Positions 1 to 8,294 are shown, numbered from the stretch's first letter. The stretch: 18,880 nt of DNA from Thermoproteota archaeon (GCA_027491395.1 JAOZFI010000048.1:1-18880); one strand, 5' to 3'. Notes: generated by a model not told the origin, from the sequence alone. Program-made: numbers and translations.

Positions 1-9
1 CAGATTCCG

Positions 10-870
10 ATGGACTACGTAGCTGTAGGTCACATCACCGTGGACGAGCTGGACGGGCTCGTTCGACTGGGCGGAGGTGTTTCCTACGGATCAGCCTTCG
101 CCGCCGGCTTGGGACTTGCAGCCAAGGTTGTTTCTAGGGTCGGTACCGATCTGAGTGATGAGCTGCTCCGTCCCCTCAGGGAGGCGGGGGTGGACCTGAG
201 TGGCTTGAGGAGGGCATGCGAGAGGACGACGAGGTTCGTCATCAGGCTAAAGGAGAGCAGCGAGGTCTCAGGGCTCGCGTACAGGTGCGACCCAATCGCC
301 CCCTCGGATCTGGAGGGGGTCGAGGCGGGGGTTATCCATCTGGCTCCCGTGGCTAGGGAGGTGAGCAGGGAAGTAGCATACGCGGCGATCAACTCGGGAT
401 CCCTAGTATTGCTGGACCTGCAGGGCGTGATAAGGACATTCGATGACGGTTTTGGGCTCGATGGCACGCTAGCCCGGGAGTTCGAGGGCCTCGATCTGGT
501 GGTGCACGCCAACCTCCAAGAGGCGAGGGCCATCACGGGGGAGGATAATCCTATGAACGCGGCGGAGCGCCTCTCCTCGATGTTCTGGATGTCCTCGGTC
601 ACCTTGGGGAGGAGGGGAGCAGTGATATCATCGCCTGAGGGGTTCGTGGTGGCTAGGGCTCCGAAGGTAGAGTCCCTAGACGATGTCGGTGCTGGGGATG
701 TCTTCACCGCCGCTTTGGGAATAGCGCTGTGGAGGGGCTACTCCTTGGAGGATGCTGCTAGGTTCTCCGTGGCGGCGGCTGCCGCCTCGACAAGGAGAAG
801 GGGGCCCGTCCCAGTAGCTCGGGAGGAAGTGGAGTCACTCATGCCCGAGGTCGAGGTATCATGGCTCTGA
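10..870 (+). CDS. PfkB/ribokinase-family carbohydrate kinase
   Basis: N-terminal VGHITVD and GGGVSY motifs, SRVGTD, and the C-terminal anion-hole signature DDVGAGDVFTAA; 286 aa. Confidence 0.9.
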   Translation: MDYVAVGHITVDELDGLVRLGGGVSYGSAFAAGLGLAAKVVSRVGTDLSDELLRPLREAGVDLSGLRRACERTTRFVIRLKESSEVSGLAYRCDPIAPSDLEGVEAGVIHLAPVAREVSREVAYAAINSGSLVLLDLQGVIRTFDDGFGLDGTLAREFEGLDLVVHANLQEARAITGEDNPMNAAERLSSMFWMSSVTLGRRGAVISSPEGFVVARAPKVESLDDVGAGDVFTAALGIALWRGYSLEDAARFSVAAAAASTRRRGPVPVAREEVESLMPEVEVSWL

Positions 871-878
871 GCTAGTAA

Positions 879-906
879 ACTTTAAAGTAGTATACTTTAG
901 AGTATA
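879..906 (+). promoter_or_regulatory. TATA box (TTTAAA 881-886) plus palindromic operator-like site TATACT-TTAG-AGTATA (891-906)
   Basis: ACTTTAAAGT at 879-888 is itself a perfect palindrome, about 24 nt before the GTG at 910. A 6-bp-arm inverted repeat lies between the TATA box and the start codon. Confidence 0.6.
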
Positions 907-909
907 ATT

Positions 910-2256
910 GTGATCGCGAGGTTCGTAAACAGAGGGAGGGAGCTAGAGTTCCTTGAAAGGGCCTACAGATCCCCAGTACCCCAGCTGTTGGTTATCTACG
1001 GAAGAAGGAGGATAGGAAAGACCGAGCTGGTCCTGAGGTTCCTGAGGGACAAGCCCCACATCTACTACTTGGCTGACTTGGAGTCAGGACTTTCCCAGCT
1101 AAAGAGGTTCAAGAGGTCCGCCGAGGTCCTGCTGCAGGACGAGACCTTCAGGAGAGCAGAATTCAGGGACTGGGAGGATCTGTTCGTCGCCCTCTTGGAC
1201 AGGTGGGGGAGTGAAAGGAGGCTTATAATAGCCATAGATGAATTCCCGAACTTGGTGAGGGTAAATCCGGCATTTCCCTCCATACTCCAGAGGGTGTGGG
1301 ACCTCTACCTCTCGAAGGCAGATACGATGCTCATACTCACGGGTTCATCCGTCTCCGTGATGGAAGACGAGGTCCTCAGCTCCAAGTCTCCCCTCTACGG
1401 CAGGAGAACGGGTCAATGGAAGTTGGGACCAATCAGCCCTGAATACCTAGGGGAATTCCTTCCCTATAAGGAGGAAGATCTGGCGAGGACCTATGGGGTG
1501 ACCGGTGGGGTTCCCCATTACCTCAACCTTTTCGATCCCAGCCTCCCCTTCTGGGATAATGTGGAGAGGCTGGCCCTGAGCAAGGGAGGGTTCCTGTACG
1601 AGGAAGCTGACTTCCTGCTCAGGGAGGAGCTGAGGGACCCCTCGAACTACAAGAGCATCTTGGAGGCTCTGGCTATGGGCGCTACGAGACTGGGGGAAGT
1701 GTGCAACCTGACGGGACTTGACAGGGGGCTCGTGTCCAAGTACCTCAGCGTCTTGGAGAGGTTGGATGTGGTGGCGGGGGAGAGGCCCTACGGCTCAGGC
1801 CCCAAGAGTAGAAGGAAGAGGTACAGGATAAGAGACCCCTACATGAGGTTCTACTTCAGGTACATCCAGCCCAACAAGTGGATGATAGAATCCGGCCTCG
1901 GAAGCGAGCTGAGGAGGGAGGTCGAGGCTGATTACGACAACTTCATGGGTCCCACGATGGAAGAAATATGCAGAGAGGTGCTCCCACACCGATTCAGCGC
2001 CAGGAGGATTGAGAAGTGGTGGGGCGGAGAGGGGGATCTGGATCTGATTATGAGGGGCGCGAAAACCGTGGTGGTCGAGTGCAAGTGGGGAACGGCTAGA
2101 GTGAGGAATGAGGTCCGAATGATGAGAAGGTTGACCTCGATAGTGGGAATCAGAGCGGACCTTTACGTGATAGTAGCCAGGAGATTCGAGGGAAGGCCCG
2201 AGAGTGGTGTAAGGCTCATCTCCTTGAGGGAGCTGCTGAGCCCTCCTAAGCTTTAA
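910..2256 (+). CDS. Archaeal AAA-type ATPase with winged-helix and C-terminal DUF234/PD-(D/E)xK nuclease-like domain
   Basis: FVNRxRE N-terminus, Walker A YGRRRIGKT, Walker B IAIDEF, LTGSS, SPLYGRRT, GGVPHYL, HTH-like TRLGEVCNLTGLDRGLVSKYLSVL, C-terminal GDLDLI...VVECKW. Confidence 0.9.
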   Translation: MIARFVNRGRELEFLERAYRSPVPQLLVIYGRRRIGKTELVLRFLRDKPHIYYLADLESGLSQLKRFKRSAEVLLQDETFRRAEFRDWEDLFVALLDRWGSERRLIIAIDEFPNLVRVNPAFPSILQRVWDLYLSKADTMLILTGSSVSVMEDEVLSSKSPLYGRRTGQWKLGPISPEYLGEFLPYKEEDLARTYGVTGGVPHYLNLFDPSLPFWDNVERLALSKGGFLYEEADFLLREELRDPSNYKSILEALAMGATRLGEVCNLTGLDRGLVSKYLSVLERLDVVAGERPYGSGPKSRRKRYRIRDPYMRFYFRYIQPNKWMIESGLGSELRREVEADYDNFMGPTMEEICREVLPHRFSARRIEKWWGGEGDLDLIMRGAKTVVVECKWGTARVRNEVRMMRRLTSIVGIRADLYVIVARRFEGRPESGVRLISLRELLSPPKL

Positions 2257-2288
2257 GAAATTTAACTTTTTTAGATATAGCTAAGGTG

Positions 2289-2670
2289 ATGGAGGACGGG
2301 TCTCTCCGACAACGAGAAGGAGGAGATCAAAAGGAAGGTCTTAGAAGCACTCAAAACGGTTTATGACCCCGAGATACCGGTTAATGTCTACGATCTGGGT
2401 CTAGTTTATCGGATAGATGTTGACGATGAGGGTAATGTGGCGGTGGACATGACCCTTACCTCCCCCGGCTGTCCCGTCGCTGAGATGGTGCTGAACATGG
2501 CGGAGGCGGCGATCATGGAGAGACTGCCCGGCCGTAAGGTGAAGGTTAACCTAGTATGGGAGCCCTTCTGGACGCCAGACAGGGTCAATGAGGAGGGTAG
2601 GAAGAAGCTCCAGGAGATTTACGGTTACGACTTCGTCGGAGAGTGGTTGAAGAGGCAGAGGGGTGATTAA
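2289..2670 (+). CDS. Metal-sulfur cluster assembly factor (SufT/DUF59/PaaD-like); 5' end has a frame or start-codon anomaly
   Basis: The frame ending at 2670 is open from 2290 and reads LEALKTVYDPEIPVNVYDLGLVY...MTLTSPGCP...VWEPFWTP (DUF59 motifs), extending well upstream of the ORF-track start at 2437. There is no in-frame ATG/GTG/TTG before 2437, and the ATG at 2289 is in a different frame. Confidence 0.85.
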
Positions 2671-3058
2671 GTTGGATAGGGACCGGGAATATGTGGCTTA
2701 CGTGATGAGCCGGCTCGGCTGCGTTCACCCCTTCAGGATCTCCAGAATACTCCTACTGGCCGACTGGCTTTCAATGGAGAGGAGGGGCAGGAGACTCACT
2801 GATTTAACCTACGTGAAGGAGGAGTTCGGGTTCTATGTTGAGGAGCTAACTGGTATAATGGAAGAGCTGCAGGAGGGGGGGTGTGCGGTCAAGAGAGAGG
2901 AGAGGAAATGCCTAGAGTACACATGCAGTGAGCCGGAGATACCGGAGGAGGACAGGAAGATACTTGAGGAGGTCATATCGGAAGTCAGGGACCTGGATGA
3001 TAGGGAGCTCAACAGGCGCGTACTCTCCGATCCGAGGTACAGGGAGGGGTCCCCATGA
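2663..3058 (+). CDS. Hypothetical protein, Panacea (DUF4065/SocA)-like domain
   Basis: 131 aa; RILLLADWLSMERRGRRLTDLTY..EEFGFYVEEL resembles the Panacea pattern KLLYLAD..S....G..LT..Y....GP....L. Overlaps both neighbouring genes, which supports a real gene. Confidence 0.6.
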   Translation: MIKLDRDREYVAYVMSRLGCVHPFRISRILLLADWLSMERRGRRLTDLTYVKEEFGFYVEELTGIMEELQEGGCAVKREERKCLEYTCSEPEIPEEDRKILEEVISEVRDLDDRELNRRVLSDPRYREGSP

Positions 3059-3921
3059 TCATCTCGGTATCGGGCGGGAAGGGAGGCACGGGAAAGTCGA
3101 CGGTCGCCGTCAACCTAGCCATACTGCTGGCTGAGGGAAGGAAGTTGGTGATGGCCGACTTGGATGTGGAGGACCCAAATGACCACATCTTGCTTGGGGT
3201 AAGCTTGGAGGAGGAGAGGCCGGTGAACATAATGCTCCCCTTCATAAGGTACGATGATTGCATAAAGTGCGGCGAGTGTGGACACGTTTGCGACACCGGA
3301 GCCATGCTGATAAGCCCCGATGGCCTCCCCTACGTAATTCCCAGGCTGTGCAGCGGATGCAGGGCCTGCTTCTTCGTCTGCCCTACGAAGGCGATAGTTG
3401 AGGGTGAGAGGACCATCGGGTACACCTACCACACGGTGGTGGAGAGAGGGAGCAGGTTCGACTTGGTGACGGGGATGCTCAGGGAGGGCGAGGAACACAC
3501 GCCTCCTGCCGTTCTAGCTGCGAGGGAGAGGGCCTTCTCCCTGCCCGCGGACCTCTACTTGGTGGATACATCGGCCGGCACGAGTAACTCAGTAGCCACG
3601 GCCATGGACGGCTCTCGTTTGGTAATAGCAGTGACGGAGCCCACTCCCCTAGGACTGCACGACTTGGAGCTTACACTAAGGCTGACCCAGAAGATGGGAA
3701 TAGACACATGGGTCGTTATGAACAGGTCCGGCTTGGGATCGGAGGAGAGGCACGAGGAAGTGGTGAGGCGCTACGGGTCGGAGATAGTGGCTAGAATACC
3801 GTATTCTAGGAGAATAGTGGAGTCCTATGTCAAGGGGGAGCCCATAGTCCTCCTCCATCCTGACTCGGAGGAGGCTCAGGTGTTCAGGGAACTGGCCTCC
3901 ATGGTTGAGGGGGTGATCTGA
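3055..3921 (+). CDS. MinD/ParA-superfamily P-loop ATPase with inserted 2x[4Fe-4S] ferredoxin domain (COG1149-like)
   Basis: Deviant Walker A GGKGGTGKST, DLDVEDPN, CIKCGECGHVC and CSGCRACFFVCP, VDTSAG, VTEPTP. Confidence 0.92.
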   Translation: MIISVSGGKGGTGKSTVAVNLAILLAEGRKLVMADLDVEDPNDHILLGVSLEEERPVNIMLPFIRYDDCIKCGECGHVCDTGAMLISPDGLPYVIPRLCSGCRACFFVCPTKAIVEGERTIGYTYHTVVERGSRFDLVTGMLREGEEHTPPAVLAARERAFSLPADLYLVDTSAGTSNSVATAMDGSRLVIAVTEPTPLGLHDLELTLRLTQKMGIDTWVVMNRSGLGSEERHEEVVRRYGSEIVARIPYSRRIVESYVKGEPIVLLHPDSEEAQVFRELASMVEGVI

Positions 3922-4892
3922 TGTTGGAGATGGCCATAGCTAGTGGTAAGGGAGGAGTGGGTAAGTCTACGGTGTCGGCCATTATAGCGATCACGCTGGC
4001 AAGGAGGAGGAAGGTGATAGTGGTGGATGCCGACGCCGATGCCCCGAACATGCACCTGATACTCGGCTTGGGCGAGGAGTGGGAGTGGGAGCAGCCCTAC
4101 AGCGAGTCCATGGTGGCGAGGATAGTGACGGAGAAGTGCATAAAATGCGGCGAGTGCAGGGCCGTCTGTCCTTATAAGGCCATATACGTGGACGAGGAAG
4201 GCAACTACGTGGTGAATCCTGTAATTTGTGAGGGATGTGAGACCTGCTCACTCGTCTGTCCCGTTAAAGGGGCGATAGTCAGGGAGGAAACGCTCTCCGG
4301 GATGCTGAGAATGACCCGAACGAGGTACGGGTTCCCCCTGATATCGGCGAGGCTGGAGCCCGGGAGGCCCAACTCGGGCAAGCTCGTCACAGAGGAGAAG
4401 ACGAAGGCCAAGGAGATGGCCGACGATGACACCGTGATAGTGGTGGACTCTGCAGCGGGCATTGGATGTCAAGTCGTGTCCAGCCTCGCGGGGGCTAACA
4501 TGGCCATTCTCGTGGCGGAACCTACCCCGGCGAGCTTCAACGCCCTGAAGAGGGTCCACAAGCTCACGAAGCACTTCATGCAACCCGCTGCGGTAGTGAT
4601 AAATAAGTGGGACATGAACCCCGATATAGCGGCGGAGATAGAGGTCTACGCTAGGGAGAACAACCTCGATATGTTGGGCAAGGTACCCTTCGACGACAGC
4701 ATACCGAAAAGCATGGCCATGATGGTCCCGGTCACCGAAGCATTCCCAGATAGCCCGGCCTCCAAGGCCTTGCTCGAAGTTGCTAGAAGAGTGGAGGCCA
4801 TCCTAGATGAGTGGTCCTCGTGGTTCATGAGGTTCAGGCCCAAGAAGCCCGAGCCATACAGGCCCATCATTATAAAGCCGGAAGGCTTCTGA
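3921..4892 (+). CDS. Second MinD-like ATPase with ferredoxin insertion (COG1149-like paralog)
   Basis: SGKGGVGKST, DADADAPN, CIKCGECRAVCP and CEGCETCSLVCP, NSGKLV, DSAAGIGC, AEPT, INKWD; TGATG overlap with the previous gene. Confidence 0.92.
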   Translation: MLEMAIASGKGGVGKSTVSAIIAITLARRRKVIVVDADADAPNMHLILGLGEEWEWEQPYSESMVARIVTEKCIKCGECRAVCPYKAIYVDEEGNYVVNPVICEGCETCSLVCPVKGAIVREETLSGMLRMTRTRYGFPLISARLEPGRPNSGKLVTEEKTKAKEMADDDTVIVVDSAAGIGCQVVSSLAGANMAILVAEPTPASFNALKRVHKLTKHFMQPAAVVINKWDMNPDIAAEIEVYARENNLDMLGKVPFDDSIPKSMAMMVPVTEAFPDSPASKALLEVARRVEAILDEWSSWFMRFRPKKPEPYRPIIIKPEGF

Positions 4893-4906
4893 CGGGAGGT
4901 GATTCA

Positions 4907-5236
4907 ATGAGGATAGCGTTCGCCACAGAGGAGAACAGAGGTTTGAATTCTGTGGTGAGTAGCAGGTTCGGAAGGGCCCGCTACTTCATCATAGTGGATT
5001 ACGAGGGAGGAGAGGTTAAGAGCTACAGGGTAGAGGTGAACCCCGGATCCGAAGCGCGGAGCGGTGCAGGGATAAAGGCCGTGCAGAAGCTGATAAACGA
5101 GGGGGTGAATGTGGCAGTGGCTGGCTCCTTCGGACCGAATGCCATGACCGCACTGGGGGAGATGGGGATAAGGCACGTGGGGATGAGCGGTATAACCGTT
5201 GAGGAGGCCCTTAACAGGTTGAAGAACCAGCTCTGA
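4907..5236 (+). CDS. NifB/NifX-family molybdenum-iron cluster-binding protein (COG1433-like)
   Basis: MRIAFAT...SRFGRARYFIIVD...NP....GAG...GPNA pattern. The start is most likely the ATG at 4907 after the Shine-Dalgarno GGGAGGTGA (4894-4902), not 4811. Confidence 0.88.
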   Translation: MRIAFATEENRGLNSVVSSRFGRARYFIIVDYEGGEVKSYRVEVNPGSEARSGAGIKAVQKLINEGVNVAVAGSFGPNAMTALGEMGIRHVGMSGITVEEALNRLKNQL

Positions 5237-5238
5237 AA

Positions 5239-5262
5239 GTTTTTCTCCTCTCCCCTCCCCTC
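5239..5262 (+). terminator. Pyrimidine/T-rich tract after the Fe-S operon, putative archaeal terminator
   Basis: GTTTTTCTCCTCTCCCCTCCCCTC directly after the TGA at 5236. Confidence 0.4.
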
Positions 5263-5267
5263 AACTT

Positions 5268-6050
5268 ATGCTACTGGAGGATAAGGTGGCCCTCATAACT
5301 GGCGGCACATCTGGGATAGGTCTCTCTACCGCTGAACTCTTTCTTAAGGAAGGCGCAAGAGTAGCGATCATGGGGAGGAGCGAGGAGAGAGGGAAAAGGG
5401 CTCTAGAGAGACTTAAGAAGCTGGGGGAGGTCACTTTCCATAAGGGGGATGTTTCTAGGAAGGAGGATGCCGAGAGGGTCGTAAAGGAGGTAGTGTCTAG
5501 GTATAGCAGGATAGACATATTGGTCAACGCAGCAGGGGTGTTCACAGGAGCCCCGTTAAGTGAGATGAGCGTGGAGGATTGGGATAGAACTATAGCGGTG
5601 AACCTGAGGGGGACCTTCCTCATGGCAAAGTTCTCGCTGCCTTACATGGGTGAGGCCATAGTGAACGTCAGCTCTACCGCCGGTGTTAGTCCCTACCCCA
5701 ACGGGACCGCCTACTGCTCAGCGAAAGCCGCGGTAATAGCCTTCTCTAAGGCCTTGGCCCTTGAGCTCGCTGTCAGGGGGATAAGGGTTAATGTGGTCGC
5801 TCCTGGCCTGACGGATACACCTATGCTGAGGGGAATCGCTAGAAGCGAGGAGAGGATGAGGGAATTCGCCTCCCTAGTTCCGATGGGGAGGATAGCTACA
5901 CCGGAGGAGGTGGCCGAGGCGATCCTCTTCCTAGCCTCCCCCAAGGCCAAGTACGTGACCGGGCAGGTGCTGGTAGTGGACGGTGGCATGACCGCTGGTA
6001 GAGTCACAACGGCAGGCTCTAGGGGCGCTGAGCGTTGGCCCCAGCGCTAG
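5268..6050 (+). CDS. Short-chain dehydrogenase/reductase (classical SDR, FabG-like family)
   Basis: TGGTSGIG Rossmann motif, LVNAAG, NVSS, catalytic YCSAK, IRVNVVAPG, TGQVLVVDGG. Confidence 0.93.
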   Translation: MLLEDKVALITGGTSGIGLSTAELFLKEGARVAIMGRSEERGKRALERLKKLGEVTFHKGDVSRKEDAERVVKEVVSRYSRIDILVNAAGVFTGAPLSEMSVEDWDRTIAVNLRGTFLMAKFSLPYMGEAIVNVSSTAGVSPYPNGTAYCSAKAAVIAFSKALALELAVRGIRVNVVAPGLTDTPMLRGIARSEERMREFASLVPMGRIATPEEVAEAILFLASPKAKYVTGQVLVVDGGMTAGRVTTAGSRGAERWPQR

Positions 6051-7203
6051 CATTAGCGTTTATCCTGCCCTCCATCAGCCCCAACAGGGAAGCTACAGCC
6101 CTGTACGTGAGGAGCGCGGCGGCCAGTCCAATAACGCCCATTGAGGAGCCGAGAATGAGTATCAAGGTTATGAACACTGCGAGAGAGAAAGAATTCACCA
6201 GCAGAATGGCCTTCGGATTCTCCTCACTGTACTTGCCAGCGGACCATATGACGAACACGGCGTCGAAGACTATGGCCAGAGCCGCTATCTGGGCGGCCTC
6301 GGAGCTCGCTGGGTAGAACTTCGGGAACAGCTTCTCTATCACGATGGGTATGGCGAAGAAGCCAGCAATGGCTGTGACGGCCGAGAGGCCCAGCCCCATC
6401 AGCTCCGCCAGCCTCGTCCTCTTTCCGGATGCCTTCTCCGGCAGGAGGTAGTTACCCAAGCTCGAGGGAATCACCATCATTGCTGTGTAGAACTGGAAGG
6501 CTAGCTGGTAGTATCCTAGCGTTGCATTCCCGTAAAGGGCGCCTATCAGTACCTTGTCCAGCCTGACTCCCATAGTGGCAACCGCCCCAGTGAGCAGTGA
6601 CAGGAAGGCGAAGCTCATATGATTCCTAATGGCCTGAAAGCCTCTCCTGAATTTCCTGATCTCTAGATAGAGCCAGATGGACAGGATCAAGTACACGGAG
6701 GAGAACCCGTAGAGTACAGCGTTGACCCCCCAAATAGGGACCAGAGCGAGCATGAGGGCTAGAATTGATAGGCGGCTCACTCCCTGAAGGACAGCGAATC
6801 CCTTGTACTTCCTCCTCCCTAACCTCTCCTTGAGGGCTAGCGCAAAGAGCGAGTTGGACAGGATTATAAGGGGAAGGGAAGGATGCAGGAGGGCTAGGGG
6901 TAGTCCTACGACTAGGGAGGTTGCAGTAACGAGGACCACAGCTGGCGATACCAATACGCCCTCTCCCTTGGGCAGATAAGTCTGGATGGTCGTGGGCAGT
7001 CCCAAGCTGGTAAAACTGGCTACTAGGGCTCCCAAGGAGAGGAAGAAGTTCGCCTTGCCGTACTCGTTGACAGAGAGTAGCTTAGCCAGCACGAGCCAGA
7101 TGAGGGCTCCCAGAACGACGGCTGTCATGTTGCCAGCGGTCACCAGCACCAGACCCTCCTGATTCAGCGCATTTCTGATGAGATCCTTGGGGGAGAGCAC
7201 CAA
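6019..7203 (-). CDS. Oligosaccharide flippase / polysaccharide biosynthesis (Wzx/MOP) family membrane protein
   Basis: Many hydrophobic segments; LAKLLSVNEYG, SLGLPT, RLDKVLIG.LYG...LGYYQLA motifs. The start is probably TTG 7203 or GTG 7200 after GGCGGTG, because the ORF-track start at 7356 overlaps the divergent gene. Confidence 0.82.
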   Translation of the reverse strand: MVLSPKDLIRNALNQEGLVLVTAGNMTAVVLGALIWLVLAKLLSVNEYGKANFFLSLGALVASFTSLGLPTTIQTYLPKGEGVLVSPAVVLVTATSLVVGLPLALLHPSLPLIILSNSLFALALKERLGRRKYKGFAVLQGVSRLSILALMLALVPIWGVNAVLYGFSSVYLILSIWLYLEIRKFRRGFQAIRNHMSFAFLSLLTGAVATMGVRLDKVLIGALYGNATLGYYQLAFQFYTAMMVIPSSLGNYLLPEKASGKRTRLAELMGLGLSAVTAIAGFFAIPIVIEKLFPKFYPASSEAAQIAALAIVFDAVFVIWSAGKYSEENPKAILLVNSFSLAVFITLILILGSSMGVIGLAAALLTYRAVASLLGLMEGRINANASAGANAQRP

Positions 7204-7317
7204 TTCAAGCACCGCCCTGCCGGACCGAAAATCAATGGTGGTAGAATTAATAAACGCGAGGATGCATACGAGTGCGTGCCCATCAAAATAAAGGATCTCG
7301 TGATACGGCTGATCCCG

Positions 7318-8262
7318 ATGGCAAGGGGGAGGAAGAGGAAGTTGATAATAGCTCACGGGGATGTGGACGGAGTCATAAGCGCCGTCATAGCTGCTAGGTC
7401 CTTAGGACTCGAGGATGCCGAGGTGTACTTCTCGGGACCTAGGTCCATTGACAGGGCTCTCTCCAAGGTGCCCGATGGCGGGGAGAAGCTAGTGATAGTG
7501 GATGTGGCTATGAACCCAGACAAGGTCGATGCCGTGGAAAGTGAGCTGAGGAGGCTCAGAGACTCCGGCTGGAATGTACTCTGGATAGACCATCACATCT
7601 GGCCCGATGGCGTAGTGGACAGGATGTCGAGGTACGCCAATGTGAGGGTCAGACCAGCGCCGAGCGCGGCCCGGGTTGTTCTCGAGGAGTTAGGAGGTGA
7701 CGATTACGAGAGGGAATTGGCGAGGATAGCAGACGATGCGGATACCGCCACCTACAGGGACGAGAGGGCCAAGATGTATAATTCGCTGACCAGGGATAGG
7801 GAGAAGCGAGCTTACCTGATCGAGGCTCTCATGGAAGGAAGGATGGAAGACGAAAAGGTGATCAAGTGGGCCAGGGAGAAGCTGAGAGATCAGGAGAAGA
7901 AGGTGGAAGAGGGGCTTAGGAGGGTGAGAGTTCTGGAGACAGCTGGTGGGAGGAAGTTTGCCTTGATCGACCTGAGACCGAGGGGTGGACCGGGATCCCT
8001 GATATCCAAGAGACTCTCTGGCGAAGTGGACTTCTCCCTAGTTCTGTACTCATGTAGCAAGTTCTCTCTTTATGCAGGAAAGGACAGGAGTATCGATCTT
8101 AGGCCTATCTGTGAGGAGCATGGGGGAGGCGGACATCCCTATGCATGCGGGGGCAAGATAGAGATGAATCTGCTTAACAGAATCCTATGCCTCCTGCTGG
8201 GTCACAGGTACTTCCCGAGGGAGTTGAGGAATCTCGTGGAGGAAGTGAGGGCGAGACTGTGA
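7318..8262 (+). CDS. DHH/DHHA1-family phosphoesterase
   Basis: HGDVDG, IVDV, WIDHH, SAA, ADDAD, GGGGHPYACG motifs; ATG 7318 is the likely start (GTG 7276 or 7300 also in frame). Confidence 0.88.
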   Translation: MARGRKRKLIIAHGDVDGVISAVIAARSLGLEDAEVYFSGPRSIDRALSKVPDGGEKLVIVDVAMNPDKVDAVESELRRLRDSGWNVLWIDHHIWPDGVVDRMSRYANVRVRPAPSAARVVLEELGGDDYERELARIADDADTATYRDERAKMYNSLTRDREKRAYLIEALMEGRMEDEKVIKWAREKLRDQEKKVEEGLRRVRVLETAGGRKFALIDLRPRGGPGSLISKRLSGEVDFSLVLYSCSKFSLYAGKDRSIDLRPICEEHGGGGHPYACGGKIEMNLLNRILCLLLGHRYFPRELRNLVEEVRARL

Positions 8263-8294
8263 TCGTTATAGCTATCCCTCGCCTGGAATGACCG

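Noticed and set aside
84-707. 207-aa minus-strand ORF and the other antisense ORFs in the track (e.g. 3115-3498, 5261-5623, 9827-10423, 13508-13837, 18026-18592)
   Set aside because: They are shadows of well-supported genes on the opposite strand, Ser/Pro-rich and without family motifs.
3259-4156. 19/20-nt direct repeat TGCATAAA(G/A)TGCGGCGAGTG at 3259-3278 and 4137-4156
   Set aside because: Explained by the shared CIKCGEC ferredoxin motif of the two paralogous ATPases; not a mobile-element or CRISPR repeat.
4811-4906. Longer N-terminus for the NifX-like ORF
   Set aside because: It overlaps the upstream ATPase; a strong SD and the family-typical MRIA start point to 4907.
4907-5236. Nitrogen fixation inferred from the NifB/NifX-like gene and MinD/NifH-superfamily ATPases
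   Set aside because: No nifHDK-like genes in the window; this domain family is common in non-diazotrophs.
7204-7356. Extended flippase N-terminus from the ORF track
   Set aside because: It overlaps the divergent DHH gene and promoter region and does not look like a flippase sequence.
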